42,393 nt of DNA from Candidatus Fervidifonticultor quintus (GTDB taxonomy: Bacteria; Sysuimicrobiota; Sysuimicrobiia; Sysuimicrobiales; Humicultoraceae), in NCBI GenBank assembly GCA_031459535.1, contig JAVKIJ010000018.1, positions 1 through 42,393 on the forward strand. The letters are read 5' to 3'. This document shows positions 23,360 through 32,363 of the stretch, piece by piece. The position numbers and the translations under genes were made by a program. A model generated the notes under the pieces. The model saw nothing but the letters and a program-made list of their open reading frames with translations, made no database searches and had not been told where the DNA came from. Positions within the stretch are counted from its first letter, which is position 1, and each line of letters starts with the position of its first letter.

Positions 23360-23820
23360 CGTACTACGTAGTACAGTGTAGTAGGGTTGTGCCTGAAAGG
23401 CACAACGTACATAGCAGCTCTCCGTACACCACCGTAGGAGTTGTGCCCAAAGGGCACAACGTACAGTGTAGCTCGTAGTACATAGCCGGGGGGTTACGCC
23501 CGAAGGGCGTAACGTACAGTGTAGTACGTAGTACACTACCGTAGGGGTTGTGCCTATAAGGCACAACGTACAGTGTAGTACTAGGGGGCGAGGCCAAAAA
23601 GCCTCGCCCCTAACCACCGCCCCCGCAAAACCGTTCAGTGTCCAGGGTGGGGGGTGCTTGTGAAACTTTTCACGTATGTGAACTGCTACACAAGCATGAG
23701 GAGCGTGGCGTGTGGGGTCCTCTAGACCGGTACGCCCCTGTCGTAGATCCCGCTTCTAAGGCCCCTAGGAGCCTCTAGGATCGAAGATCTGGGGGTGGGC
23801 CGCTATCTACATAGCGACCC
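23360..23820. repeat. Non-coding palindrome-array element, copy R
   Basis: Four 21-nt palindromes at 23386, 23440, 23493 and 23547 (consensus GTTRYGCCY-NNA-RGGCRYAAC), each followed by GTACA; GGGGCGAGGC..GCCTCGCCCC hairpin at 23585-23610. Confidence 0.92.
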
Positions 23821-24000
23821 CCTCCAAAAAGTCCTCTCTGAGAGCCTCTGGAGCGTTCGGCGCGTGGGTCTGCACGTAAAAGGCCTGTAATTTCGGCAAT
23901 TTACGGCAGTACCGGACGTCGTTGTCAAGTCTTTCGGATCTTGCAACCGCCTGATTTTGCTGAATTATACGCCAAAGAGCGTCTTCCAGACACCACCACG

Positions 24001-24009
24001 TGGTATAAT
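24001..24009 (+). promoter_or_regulatory. Extended -10 promoter for the rightward arm
   Basis: TGgTATAAT upstream of the first rightward gene; no convincing -35. Confidence 0.55.
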
Positions 24010-24031
24010 AGCGACAGAAACGCTTCCGCTC

Positions 24032-24658
24032 GTGCCAGAGACACGTCCCCCGGAACGGCTACGTAAACTCGAGGAGCTTGCTCGGCGGATGCCTGGACCA
24101 GTCGGGCGTCTGCTGATCCGACAGCTTCGCGCTGAACGCAACCGGCGCGTCGCCGAATGGCGGCGGCTCTACCCTGGCTGCCGGTGTGGCTACCCCGTCC
24201 GCGGGACCTGGTGGACGGATAGCCTCCACCGCCCTGTCCACACCGCCTGGCTCGTGTACCTGGCCCGGTCGGCCAGGACCCGCAGGCAACGCAACCGCAA
24301 ATCCGTGGAGCAGTGGGCGCACCGGGCGCTGCCCGTCAAGCGGGAGCGCGCAGCCACCTACTGGATCCAGGTCCTCAGTGCCCACCGCCCGGACCTCCTT
24401 GCGGCGGCGGGTGGCCCTGAAGGCCTCCGAGCGCTGGTCCTCCAGTACGGCGCCCGGCACGGGACCGGCCACAAGCTCATCGAGCGCATCAAGACGGCTA
24501 TCGACGACCTTGCCGACCGGGGTGTGATCCCCAAGCGGCGGCAGCTCCGCCACCCGCCGAGGTGGTGGCTGAGAACGCTCCGGCCGCCGACATGGAAGAC
24601 CACCAAGCAGCTCCTGGCCGAGCAAGCGACCGGAGACCAAACCGGTGGAACTCCGTAG
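24032..24658 (+). CDS. Hypothetical basic protein (start uncertain; ORF track uses 23957)
   Basis: Arg/Trp-rich ORF with CRCG; first gene after the promoter. Confidence 0.6.
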   Translation: MPETRPPERLRKLEELARRMPGPVGRLLIRQLRAERNRRVAEWRRLYPGCRCGYPVRGTWWTDSLHRPVHTAWLVYLARSARTRRQRNRKSVEQWAHRALPVKRERAATYWIQVLSAHRPDLLAAAGGPEGLRALVLQYGARHGTGHKLIERIKTAIDDLADRGVIPKRRQLRHPPRWWLRTLRPPTWKTTKQLLAEQATGDQTGGTP

Positions 24659-26462
24659 CCCTGTCCAGCTCTCCCTACCGTTCATCCTGGACGCCATCCG
24701 GCGGGTGGCGCCGGGCCCCATCCCCTACACGCCCGAACTCTTGCGGAGCGCGGCCGCCCAGAGTGGGGGGCGGGCCGGAGATCTCCTCCGCGCGCTCTGG
24801 GAAGTCAGCCAACGCCACCAGGCCTGGCTCAACCCGGCGCTCCTCCGCTACCAGCCCAGTCGGCTGGGAGAGTTCCTGCCCGCGCTGCTGCGTGGCCAGC
24901 TCCCCCCGCTCGGGCGGGGCGAGCAATGGTACCGAACGTTCAGCGGGATCCACCCCCAGACACTCGAACCTGTCAGGCTCCTCTCCCCAGCGGCTGTCCA
25001 GAAGTTCCCGCAGACGGTCGCCGAGGTCCTGGAGCGCTCCCCCTACCTTCGACCAGTGGCTCAGGCGGCCCGCGAGGCCCGGCCCGACTTCGAAGAGGCG
25101 ATCCTGGCCGGCCGTCCGCTGGATATCCTCCGCCCAGGCGCGCTCCTGAGCGCGCCCGAGACCCTGCTGACCTGGCTGCAGGCCGCGCGCGGAAAGCTCC
25201 GGCAGTCGCTAAGCCCCCTTGCGGCCGGGGCTCCGATCACGCCGAAACGGCTGGACGAGCTGGCTAGGCGTCTCGCACCCATCGCCCAGAGCCGGCTCGG
25301 CCAGGCTGTCCCGCAGGCCTACCTCTTCGAGGGGCTCGAGCCGTTCGTGCCGGACGTCCGGAAACGTGTGGAGCTGGCCGGGCTGCTTCAGCGGGCGCTC
25401 CGTGCCTCAGCGCCGGTCGGCCCTGGGGGGCAACTGACCATAGCCATGCAGCGGCAGATGGGGACCGCCCCGGCCTTCTTCGGCGCGCTCTGGGGGCTGA
25501 TCCCGCAGCCGATCTCGCGCCTGGCGCGGCTGCTCACGCGGCTCACCGGTGAGAAGCCCCGTGGGGCCTCCGCAGAGGAGCACGTCCAGCGCCTGCTCAA
25601 GATGCCATTCGAAGGGCCGCCTTCCCGTGTGACCCCGCGCGACGTCTGGGAGTGGATCCAGCGGGCGCGCCCGGATCTGTTCGAGCGGCTGCTCCAGGCG
25701 CGGCCGAGTCATCTCCGTGCGTTTCAGCCGCCGTTAGGGATTGTCAGCGCCGAGGAGCTGCTCAAGAACCCGGAGCGCCGAGCCGCACTGGCTCGGGCGG
25801 CGCGCGCCGGCGCGGAGTGGGAGACGCTGCGACTTGGGGTCCCGCGCACGCCGACGCCTAGGATCGCGACCTTGCTTCAGCAGGTTCTCCAGCGGCACCC
25901 ACAGGTGACGTTGCAGGAGGCGCTCCGGATCATCGGGGAACAACACGGGCGGCCGCGGTACCGTTCGTACGCGACCGGCGCACTCCCGATCCCGAAGAGC
26001 TACCAGGAGATCTGGCAGACCCTCCAGGCTCGACGCCAACGGTCACCCGTGGTGAGCCTTGAAGGGCTTCGCCGGCGGGTGCCGACCTTCGAGACGCCAG
26101 AGACCGTCCTGGGCCGGAAGATGGAGGGTACCACCGAGCGGCCACCGGACCGGCTCGGTCACGAGCTGCTGGCGATCCTGCGGCGGTCCGTCAACCAGGC
26201 CTTCCCGGGTCGGGATGAGCTGGTCCCGGAGGTCCTCCGTATGCTGCAGGGGAAGGCCCCCGGACGGTACGTACGGAAGCTCGTCCCCGGGAATCGGGCG
26301 GCCCTCGACCAGCTGATGGCGGCCTACCGCCGGGGCGTGCAGAAGTACATCCCGGATCCCCGGCGGGCCACCGAGGAGGCGCTCGCGCAGCTCCGGGACT
26401 ACATGGAGCGGCGTGTCCGCGGGCTCCGGGTGACGCGGCGCGGCCGCCCGCCGGGCGCGTGA
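24645..26462 (+). CDS. Large hypothetical protein (605 aa)
   Basis: Long ORF with typical codon usage; no motif recognised. Confidence 0.7.
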   Translation: MELRSPVQLSLPFILDAIRRVAPGPIPYTPELLRSAAAQSGGRAGDLLRALWEVSQRHQAWLNPALLRYQPSRLGEFLPALLRGQLPPLGRGEQWYRTFSGIHPQTLEPVRLLSPAAVQKFPQTVAEVLERSPYLRPVAQAAREARPDFEEAILAGRPLDILRPGALLSAPETLLTWLQAARGKLRQSLSPLAAGAPITPKRLDELARRLAPIAQSRLGQAVPQAYLFEGLEPFVPDVRKRVELAGLLQRALRASAPVGPGGQLTIAMQRQMGTAPAFFGALWGLIPQPISRLARLLTRLTGEKPRGASAEEHVQRLLKMPFEGPPSRVTPRDVWEWIQRARPDLFERLLQARPSHLRAFQPPLGIVSAEELLKNPERRAALARAARAGAEWETLRLGVPRTPTPRIATLLQQVLQRHPQVTLQEALRIIGEQHGRPRYRSYATGALPIPKSYQEIWQTLQARRQRSPVVSLEGLRRRVPTFETPETVLGRKMEGTTERPPDRLGHELLAILRRSVNQAFPGRDELVPEVLRMLQGKAPGRYVRKLVPGNRAALDQLMAAYRRGVQKYIPDPRRATEEALAQLRDYMERRVRGLRVTRRGRPPGA

Positions 26463-26701
26463 TCGAGCTCGTCGCGCTGGCTGCGGGTCTGGCCCTGGGG
26501 CTCTGGCTCCTGACGGTCGCGGCGGTAGCCTACGCGCTCTGGCGGTACGTCTGGAACCCCTGGCGGGTGATCCGCCGGGACCACGAAGCCGTGAGGCAAG
26601 AACTTGAGGCATTCCGAGCTGAGCGCCGAGAAGCCCTCCTCCGCACGGAGGAAGACGAAGCCCGCATCGAACGGCTCCTCCGGGCTCGCGCGCGCCTCTG
26701 A
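26459..26701 (+). CDS. Small membrane protein with coiled coil
   Basis: N-terminal TM segment LVALAAGLALGLWLLTVAAVAYALW; GTGA overlap. Confidence 0.7.
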   Translation: MIELVALAAGLALGLWLLTVAAVAYALWRYVWNPWRVIRRDHEAVRQELEAFRAERREALLRTEEDEARIERLLRARARL

Positions 26702-27059
26702 GGGACGGCGCGGGCTCCCCGAGGCGCTCCAGACCGCCTTCCAGGCGCTCCCGGAGATCTTCGCGACCCGCGGCCGGGTGGCCGGGCTCGAGGCGCTCCG
26801 GGATCTGCTCTTTACCTGCCACGAGGCCCTGCCGCTGGACCGGCTGGTGCGGCTGATCTTGGACGTCGACCGGCAGTGCCTGGCCGCCGAGATCGCGCAA
26901 GGCCGGGAAGGGCGGCTCCGGGCCGAGGTCACCGCCTGGAACGACTTCCGCGAGTGGCTGGCGGCGGGAGATGCCGCGCTCGGCGCCGGTGAAGGAGGGA
27001 TCGATGGACAGGGATCAGGAAGCGAAGAGGCCGAGCTGGTGGAAGATGTCCCGGCATGA
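26604..27059 (+). CDS. Hypothetical protein (start uncertain; possible terminase small subunit)
   Basis: Helical ORF just upstream of terL; the TerS idea rests on position only. Confidence 0.45.
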   Translation: MRHSELSAEKPSSARRKTKPASNGSSGLARASEGRRGLPEALQTAFQALPEIFATRGRVAGLEALRDLLFTCHEALPLDRLVRLILDVDRQCLAAEIAQGREGRLRAEVTAWNDFREWLAAGDAALGAGEGGIDGQGSGSEEAELVEDVPA

Positions 27060-27198
27060 GGCCGGGCTCGAGCACTGGGTCGGGCCGCAGTTCGACGGCC
27101 AGCCCCACGGGATGATGCGGACGCCGCCCTCGCCGAACGACGAGGGCCGTGGGTTGGTCATCCACCTGCTGGGCCTGCACCTGCGAGGGTCGGCGTGA
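27046..27198 (+). CDS. Small hypothetical protein
   Basis: MSRHEAGLEHWVGPQFDGQPHGMMRTPP...; stop overlaps the next GTG. Confidence 0.4.
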   Translation: MSRHEAGLEHWVGPQFDGQPHGMMRTPPSPNDEGRGLVIHLLGLHLRGSA

Positions 27199-27332
27199 TC
27201 AAGTCGGTTGGTGGGGGGAAGTACGTCGTGGTCTCCGAGAAGACCGGGCGCCGGCTCAGCCGGCCCCTGAGCCGCCGTGGCGCCCAGCGACGCCTGCGCC
27301 AGATTGAGTACTTCAAGCACCGCGGGCGCTGA
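27195..27332 (+). CDS. Small basic phage protein (not in ORF track)
   Basis: VIKSVGGGKYVVVSEKTGRRLSRPLSRRGAQRRLRQIEYFKHRGR; resembles small head-module proteins ending RLRQIEYFKH. Confidence 0.7.
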   Translation: MIKSVGGGKYVVVSEKTGRRLSRPLSRRGAQRRLRQIEYFKHRGR

Positions 27333-29001
27333 GACCCGCTCGCAGCGCTACCGCCGGCTGATCGAGCGGCTCCTCATCCGCGACGAGCTGCAGGACGTCC
27401 GGCCGCTCCGGCTGTCCGCCTCGCAGGAGCTCATGTGGGCCGCGGTCGCCCCGCTGCTGGACGAGGGTCGGCCGATAGACGTGATCGTGCTCAAGGGCCG
27501 GCAGGTCTACTCGACCACGTTTTGGCAGGCCCTGAGCTTTGTCCGGACGCTCGAGCGCGCCGGGACGCTCTCGCTGATCGTCGCCCACGAGCGGCTCACG
27601 GCCAACGAGATCCTGGCCAAGGCCAGGCTCTTCGCCCAGAGCCTGCCGCTGCCCTCGAGCCTGCTCCGGCTCGTCCGGGACACGGTGAGCTTCGAGCTCC
27701 CCGACGGGACCTCCTCGATCCGGGTCACCTCGGCCCGGCGGCTGGGGAAGGGCCGCGGGCTCACGCTCACGGTCATGCACGGCTCCGAGGTCGCCTACTG
27801 GGAGAACCCGGAGTCGCTCTTGGCCCTGCGCCAAGCGATGCCGCCCCACGGGGAGACCATCTGGGTGCTGGAGAGCACCGCCAACGGTGTGGCCGGGGTC
27901 GGGCAGCCGTTCTACGACGAGTGGCGGGCCGCGGTGGACGGGCGGAGCCAGGCACTGCCGATCTTCATTCCCTGGTATGTGATGCCGAAGTACCAGCGAA
28001 CCCCGGGGGTCCCGGAGAGCGAGTGGACGGACGAGGAGCGGGCGGTGGCGGAGCTCGCGCCCGAGCACATGACCCCCGAGCGGGTGGCCTGGTGGCGGTG
28101 GGCGGTCGAGAACCGCTGTCACGGCTCCAGAGAGCTCTTCAACCAGGAGTACCCGGCCACGCCGGAGCGGGCGTTCATCGCCTCCGGACTGCCCGCCTTC
28201 GACGAGACCGCGCTCCTCAAGCTCCGGGCGGGTGTCCGGCCGCCGTCGCTGACCGGGGATTTCGCGCACGGTCGCTTTGTCCGTGATGCGCGCGGCCCGG
28301 TCCTGGTCTGGCGCGAGCCGGAGGACGGTCACCGCTACGTGATCGGCGTCGATACGGCGGAGGGCCTCCGGGGCGGGGACTACTCCTGCGCGCAAGTCAT
28401 CGACGTCGACCGGTTAGAGCAGGTCGCGATGTGTCACGGGCTCCTGGGCCCGTGGGAGACTGCGGAGCGCGTGGCGGCCCTAGGACGCTGGTACAACCGA
28501 GCGCTCGTGATTGTCGAGTTGCAAGGCGCGGGGATCTCGGTGCAGGATTACCTCATCCGGGTTCACGAGTACCCGCATCTGCACCCGTGGCGAGGCCGCC
28601 AGGATAGCATCCGGCCGTCGCAGCCGCGCCTCTATGGTTGGGTCACGACGGTCGCCACGCGCCCCCTCCTCCTCGAGGCGGGTCGGCGGGTCATCAACGA
28701 GGGCCTCCTCATGCTCCACGACGCGGGGACGCTCGAGGAGCTCTCCCACTTCAGCCGGGTCGACTCCGGCAAGTACGAGGCGACGGTCGGGCACGACGAC
28801 CGAGTCATGGCCCTGCTGCTCGCGCTCAGGAGCCGCGAGGAGAACTTCACCGCCGCCGCGGTGCTCCAGAGCCCGCAGCTCGAGGAGCCCTGGATGCCGG
28901 TGCGGGTCATCGAGGCATGGACCGGCGAGCGGCGCATCGCCCGCCACCAGGAGCTCATCCGGCGGGCCCGCCGCGCGGCGCGAGGGTGGCTCGACCTGTG
29001 A
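27277..29001 (+). CDS. terL: Terminase large subunit
   Basis: VLKGRQVYSTT (Walker A), MHGSEVAYW (Walker B), ESTANG, FNQEYP, IGVDTAEG..GDYS, HDDRVMA nuclease motifs. Confidence 0.93.
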   Translation: MAPSDACARLSTSSTAGAETRSQRYRRLIERLLIRDELQDVRPLRLSASQELMWAAVAPLLDEGRPIDVIVLKGRQVYSTTFWQALSFVRTLERAGTLSLIVAHERLTANEILAKARLFAQSLPLPSSLLRLVRDTVSFELPDGTSSIRVTSARRLGKGRGLTLTVMHGSEVAYWENPESLLALRQAMPPHGETIWVLESTANGVAGVGQPFYDEWRAAVDGRSQALPIFIPWYVMPKYQRTPGVPESEWTDEERAVAELAPEHMTPERVAWWRWAVENRCHGSRELFNQEYPATPERAFIASGLPAFDETALLKLRAGVRPPSLTGDFAHGRFVRDARGPVLVWREPEDGHRYVIGVDTAEGLRGGDYSCAQVIDVDRLEQVAMCHGLLGPWETAERVAALGRWYNRALVIVELQGAGISVQDYLIRVHEYPHLHPWRGRQDSIRPSQPRLYGWVTTVATRPLLLEAGRRVINEGLLMLHDAGTLEELSHFSRVDSGKYEATVGHDDRVMALLLALRSREENFTAAAVLQSPQLEEPWMPVRVIEAWTGERRIARHQELIRRARRAARGWLDL

Positions 29002-29198
29002 AGTACGAACCCCCGACCTGCGTGGCGCTCACCCCGGACGACCGGCCGTGCAACCATCCCATGACGCCGCTGGGGGAGCGCGACCCCGCCTTTGGGCCGA
29101 ACTGGCGGCCGGGGTGCTGGGTCTTCCGCTGCACCTACTGCGGCGCCTTCCGCGCCATTGAGAAGACACGACTCGACCAGTACTTGAGGAGGCGGTGA
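28998..29198 (+). CDS. Zinc-ribbon protein
   Basis: VKYEPPTC...CNHPM...WVFRCTYCG; GTGA overlap with terL. Confidence 0.65.
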   Translation: MKYEPPTCVALTPDDRPCNHPMTPLGERDPAFGPNWRPGCWVFRCTYCGAFRAIEKTRLDQYLRRR

Positions 29199-29199
29199 G

Positions 29200-29520
29200 G
29201 TGGGACTTGACCATGACGGGCGATGGACGTGTGACTGGGAAGGGTGCCGGGGTGGCGGCCCCATCGGCCGGGGGCTCCCGCCCTACATCCACTACTGCCG
29301 AGGGCACGGGGAGGACCGGGGTCGGCTCCCGCTCAGAACGTACGTCTACTGCCTCGGGCACGCTCGAGCGTTCATCAACGAGCACGGCGGCGCCGCCTCG
29401 GCCGAACCCGCTCTGGTCCACCCCGGTGGCGCAATTCCTCGAGCTGACGCCTCCGCAGCTGAGCGGGGACGATCTCTGGGTCCTGGGGCTGGCGGAGCGC
29501 CAGCGGCTGAGCGAGGTTAG
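29200..29520 (+). CDS. Possible Cys/His-rich hypothetical protein
   Basis: CDWEGC...YC..H...YCLGH; GGAGG RBS. Confidence 0.4.
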   Translation: MGLDHDGRWTCDWEGCRGGGPIGRGLPPYIHYCRGHGEDRGRLPLRTYVYCLGHARAFINEHGGAASAEPALVHPGGAIPRADASAAERGRSLGPGAGGAPAAERG

Positions 29521-29668
29521 CCAGGGGTTGGGGTTGGATCCTACGCTGGCTATCGACCGGCTGCTGCGGCGGCTGGTCTACACCATGCCGGCGTGGGCGA
29601 GCCGGCCGACCTACGAGGCCGTGAGCTTCTACCTCCAGCAGCTCGTCCTCCCGGTCGACCGTGGCTGA
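29426..29668 (+). CDS. Hypothetical protein
   Basis: VAQFLELTPPQLSGDDLWVLGL...; protein-like C-terminal half of ORF 29195-29668. Confidence 0.5.
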   Translation: MAQFLELTPPQLSGDDLWVLGLAERQRLSEVSQGLGLDPTLAIDRLLRRLVYTMPAWASRPTYEAVSFYLQQLVLPVDRG

Positions 29669-31385
29669 GCAGCGGCCGGATACCTCCCCGGCGGAGGCGC
29701 GCCTGTGGGAATGGCTCGAGGAGGCTGTCGCCCAGAGCCGACGGGCCAGGCGCGAGGCGGCGCACTTCGACCGGTTCGACGAGTGGCTGCGGCTGTTCGC
29801 GGGCGAGCACTACCCGCACGTGATGCCCCAGCACAAACCGCCGGTCGTGATCAACGAGCTCCGCTCCTTGATCCTGGCCGAGGCAAGCGATCTCGCCGAC
29901 GCGGTCCCGCGGGTCTACATCACGCGAGACACCCGGCGCGGGGGGCGGGATGAGGATCTCGAACGGGCGTTCCGGGCGATCTGGGTTCGCCAGGCGGTCG
30001 ACCTCAAGCTGGCCGAGGCGGTCGTCTGGGCACTGGTGGCCGGGACCGGCTTTCTCCGGGTGGGCTGGGATCCGGCCGCAGCCGACGGTCTTGGGGACGT
30101 GGTGGTGGACGTGGTCGATCCCAGGAGCGTCTACCCGGACCCGGCGGCGACGAGCGACCTCGACTGGACCTGGGTGGTCACGGAAACCTTCATGTCCTAC
30201 CCGGAGCTGGCCCGGGTGTTCCCCTCGAAGGTCCACCGCCTGCCACCACCTGGCGGGACAAGCCTCACCCGCGACACCCAGCCGGTGAATGTCGGGGGCC
30301 TCCCGTACACGGGCCCGCTCTCTGGTTCGCCCTCGCTCCTCCTCAGCCCGGCTCAGGCCGCCCCGCGGTGGCGGGTGCTGGATGCCTACGTGGTCGACGA
30401 CACGCTCGAGCTGGAGGTGATCGAGCCGACCGAGCCCGAGGGCGGGGCGAAGCTCCTCGATGACGAGGATCGACCCGTGCTCCACAGTCGGTGGGTCATG
30501 AAGTACCCGAACGGCCGTCGGATCGTCGGCGTGGAGGGCGTGATCCTCTACGACGGCCCCAACACGTTGCCGACGGCGCGCGCGGTCCCACCGGACTGGG
30601 GACTTGTGCGGGTCGTGCTGGAGCCCACGCTCGGCTCGTTTTGGGGTCTGGGCTTCCCGCAGCAGACAGGGCAGTTGCAGCTCGCGGCGAACAAGCTCTC
30701 CAGTCTGGTCGTCGAGAACGCCATCCGGCTCAACAACGGCCTGGTCGTGGCGACCGGCAATACCGGCATTGACTGGGAGTCCTTCGCGGGGCTCCCAGGG
30801 CAGATCGTCCAGATCAACCCGGGCTCGCAGCTCCAGATCGTCTACCCGAACCCGATGCCGCCGGACATGGTCCAGGCCCCGATCCAGGCGCTCGACCTCC
30901 AGCGGCGGATCCTCGGTTTCCCACCCTCCCGGGTCGGTGGACCGGCCGGCGCCTCCCCGGAGCTCTCGGAGCTCGAGATCAGCCAGGGCCAGGGCGTCAC
31001 GCGGCTCCGAGCCCGCGCCCTCACGCGCGTGGTCCAGCGGCTGGCTGAGCTCATCTTCGCCCGGCTCGCCTACGGCTACGCCGTCCCGCGGGAGATCCCG
31101 GCCGTGGAAGGCGAGCGGTTCGTCCCGACCGTGTGGACGCCCCTGGACAACCCGGAGAGCTACGCGGTCTACGTCGACCCGGCCTCGTTCCAGGTGTTGA
31201 GCAAGACGATGGTCCGACGGCTCGCGGTCGCCCTCTACCGGATGAACGCGATTGACCGCCGCGCGCTCCTCGAGCACATCGGCTGGCCGGAATGGGAGGA
31301 GGTCGCCCGCCGGATTGACGAGGCCGAGCGGCTCGCCGCCGAGGCGAAGCTCCGGGCGCGGAGCACGAGGAAGAGCCGTGCGTGA
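29661..31385 (+). CDS. Portal protein (podovirus/P22-like)
   Basis: 574 aa after terL; PPVVINEL, ALVAGTGFLRVGWD, VVDPRSVYPDP, FWGLG....QLQLAANK, PGQIVQIN. Confidence 0.88.
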   Translation: MAEQRPDTSPAEARLWEWLEEAVAQSRRARREAAHFDRFDEWLRLFAGEHYPHVMPQHKPPVVINELRSLILAEASDLADAVPRVYITRDTRRGGRDEDLERAFRAIWVRQAVDLKLAEAVVWALVAGTGFLRVGWDPAAADGLGDVVVDVVDPRSVYPDPAATSDLDWTWVVTETFMSYPELARVFPSKVHRLPPPGGTSLTRDTQPVNVGGLPYTGPLSGSPSLLLSPAQAAPRWRVLDAYVVDDTLELEVIEPTEPEGGAKLLDDEDRPVLHSRWVMKYPNGRRIVGVEGVILYDGPNTLPTARAVPPDWGLVRVVLEPTLGSFWGLGFPQQTGQLQLAANKLSSLVVENAIRLNNGLVVATGNTGIDWESFAGLPGQIVQINPGSQLQIVYPNPMPPDMVQAPIQALDLQRRILGFPPSRVGGPAGASPELSELEISQGQGVTRLRARALTRVVQRLAELIFARLAYGYAVPREIPAVEGERFVPTVWTPLDNPESYAVYVDPASFQVLSKTMVRRLAVALYRMNAIDRRALLEHIGWPEWEEVARRIDEAERLAAEAKLRARSTRKSRA

Positions 31386-32004
31386 GCGTCAGGGGCCGAC
31401 GGGGGTCGCTTGGGTCGATGCGCTGCTCGGGGCCCTGCCCCTGGCGGCGGCTGTGGTCACCCCCAGCGCGGTCTCCGCGCGGCTGCTGCGCTTTGCGCTC
31501 CCGCGCCTCTACCAGGCGCTCGAGCGTAGCCCAACCCGAACGAGCTTCGTGGACCTCATCCCGCCCACGTGGTACTCAGCCGTGTCCCTGGGTCGGATCA
31601 ACCCCAGGGCGCTGGCCGTCACGCGCGCCCCGTGGGGCTCGGAGCCTGGCACGGCGGCCATCGTGACGACGCCCCTGCTCTGGTCGGCGTCGCCGTGGGT
31701 GCAAGCGCTCGGGTTGGCCCACGAGGGGCTGCACGCGATTGGGGCGAGGAAGTGGCCGAACCTCCTCATCCCGGAGCGGGCGGCGGTGCCGATGCTGGAG
31801 CGCCTGCGGCGTCTGAGGACGCGCTACGTGAACGCGGACCCCACACCCGGCCACCGAGCCCTCCATCTCCTGGCGTACAGCCTGCTGCGGCGGCAGTGGG
31901 GGCATCCGCAGAGCTTCCTGGGGGCGTACCGCCGGCTCCCCGACTACCCCATCAGACCTATCTGGATGGAGGCATGGCCCAAACGAGTGAGCTTTACTGG
32001 GTAA
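31378..32004 (+). CDS. Hypothetical protein with HExxH motif
   Basis: LGLAHEGLHAIG; overlaps the portal stop. Confidence 0.55.
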   Translation: MRERQGPTGVAWVDALLGALPLAAAVVTPSAVSARLLRFALPRLYQALERSPTRTSFVDLIPPTWYSAVSLGRINPRALAVTRAPWGSEPGTAAIVTTPLLWSASPWVQALGLAHEGLHAIGARKWPNLLIPERAAVPMLERLRRLRTRYVNADPTPGHRALHLLAYSLLRRQWGHPQSFLGAYRRLPDYPIRPIWMEAWPKRVSFTG

Positions 32005-32363
32005 CGTTGAATTGTGCGCGCTGCGGGGAGATCTACCGCTCGATCCGGCCGCTCTCGCCAACCGACCGCCTCGAGCCCTCGCTCTTCCAGGGCAACGGCG
32101 GGCCGCCCACAGACGAGCGGCCGACCTGCCCCACCTGCCGCCGGGATCTCGTGCTCACGACGATCCCGCTCGAGGCGCCGGATGAGCCTGCCAAGGCCGC
32201 CGCAGGCCAGCAGAAGCCCCCGCGGCCGCCCCGGGCCTCTGGACTCCGGGTCCTCTTCGAGGCCACCGACGACGAGCAGCTCCTGACGCTGCTGCCGACC
32301 GCCGAGGGGTTGCTGATCGTCACGACGCGCCGGCTGGCGCTCCTTGGTCTGGAGTCGACGTGA
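31974..32363 (+). CDS. Zinc-ribbon protein
   Basis: MAQTSELYWVTLNCARCG...CPTC; GGAGG RBS. Confidence 0.7.
   Translation: MAQTSELYWVTLNCARCGEIYRSIRPLSPTDRLEPSLFQGNGGPPTDERPTCPTCRRDLVLTTIPLEAPDEPAKAAAGQQKPPRPPRASGLRVLFEATDDEQLLTLLPTAEGLLIVTTRRLALLGLEST

Noticed and set aside
23386-23580. CRISPR mini-array (palindromic repeats at regular spacing, Cas4-like gene in the genome)
   Set aside because: The intervening sequences resemble each other (GTACAGTGTAG, TACGTAGTAC, CCGTAGG) rather than being unique spacers, repeat arms vary, and there is no cas operon; solo Cas4-like nucleases are common in phage replication modules
23297-23617. ORFs with repeated CTL/YVV peptides over the palindrome array (also 10630-10815)
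   Set aside because: Peptide periodicity simply mirrors the DNA repeats; no RBS and atypical codon usage
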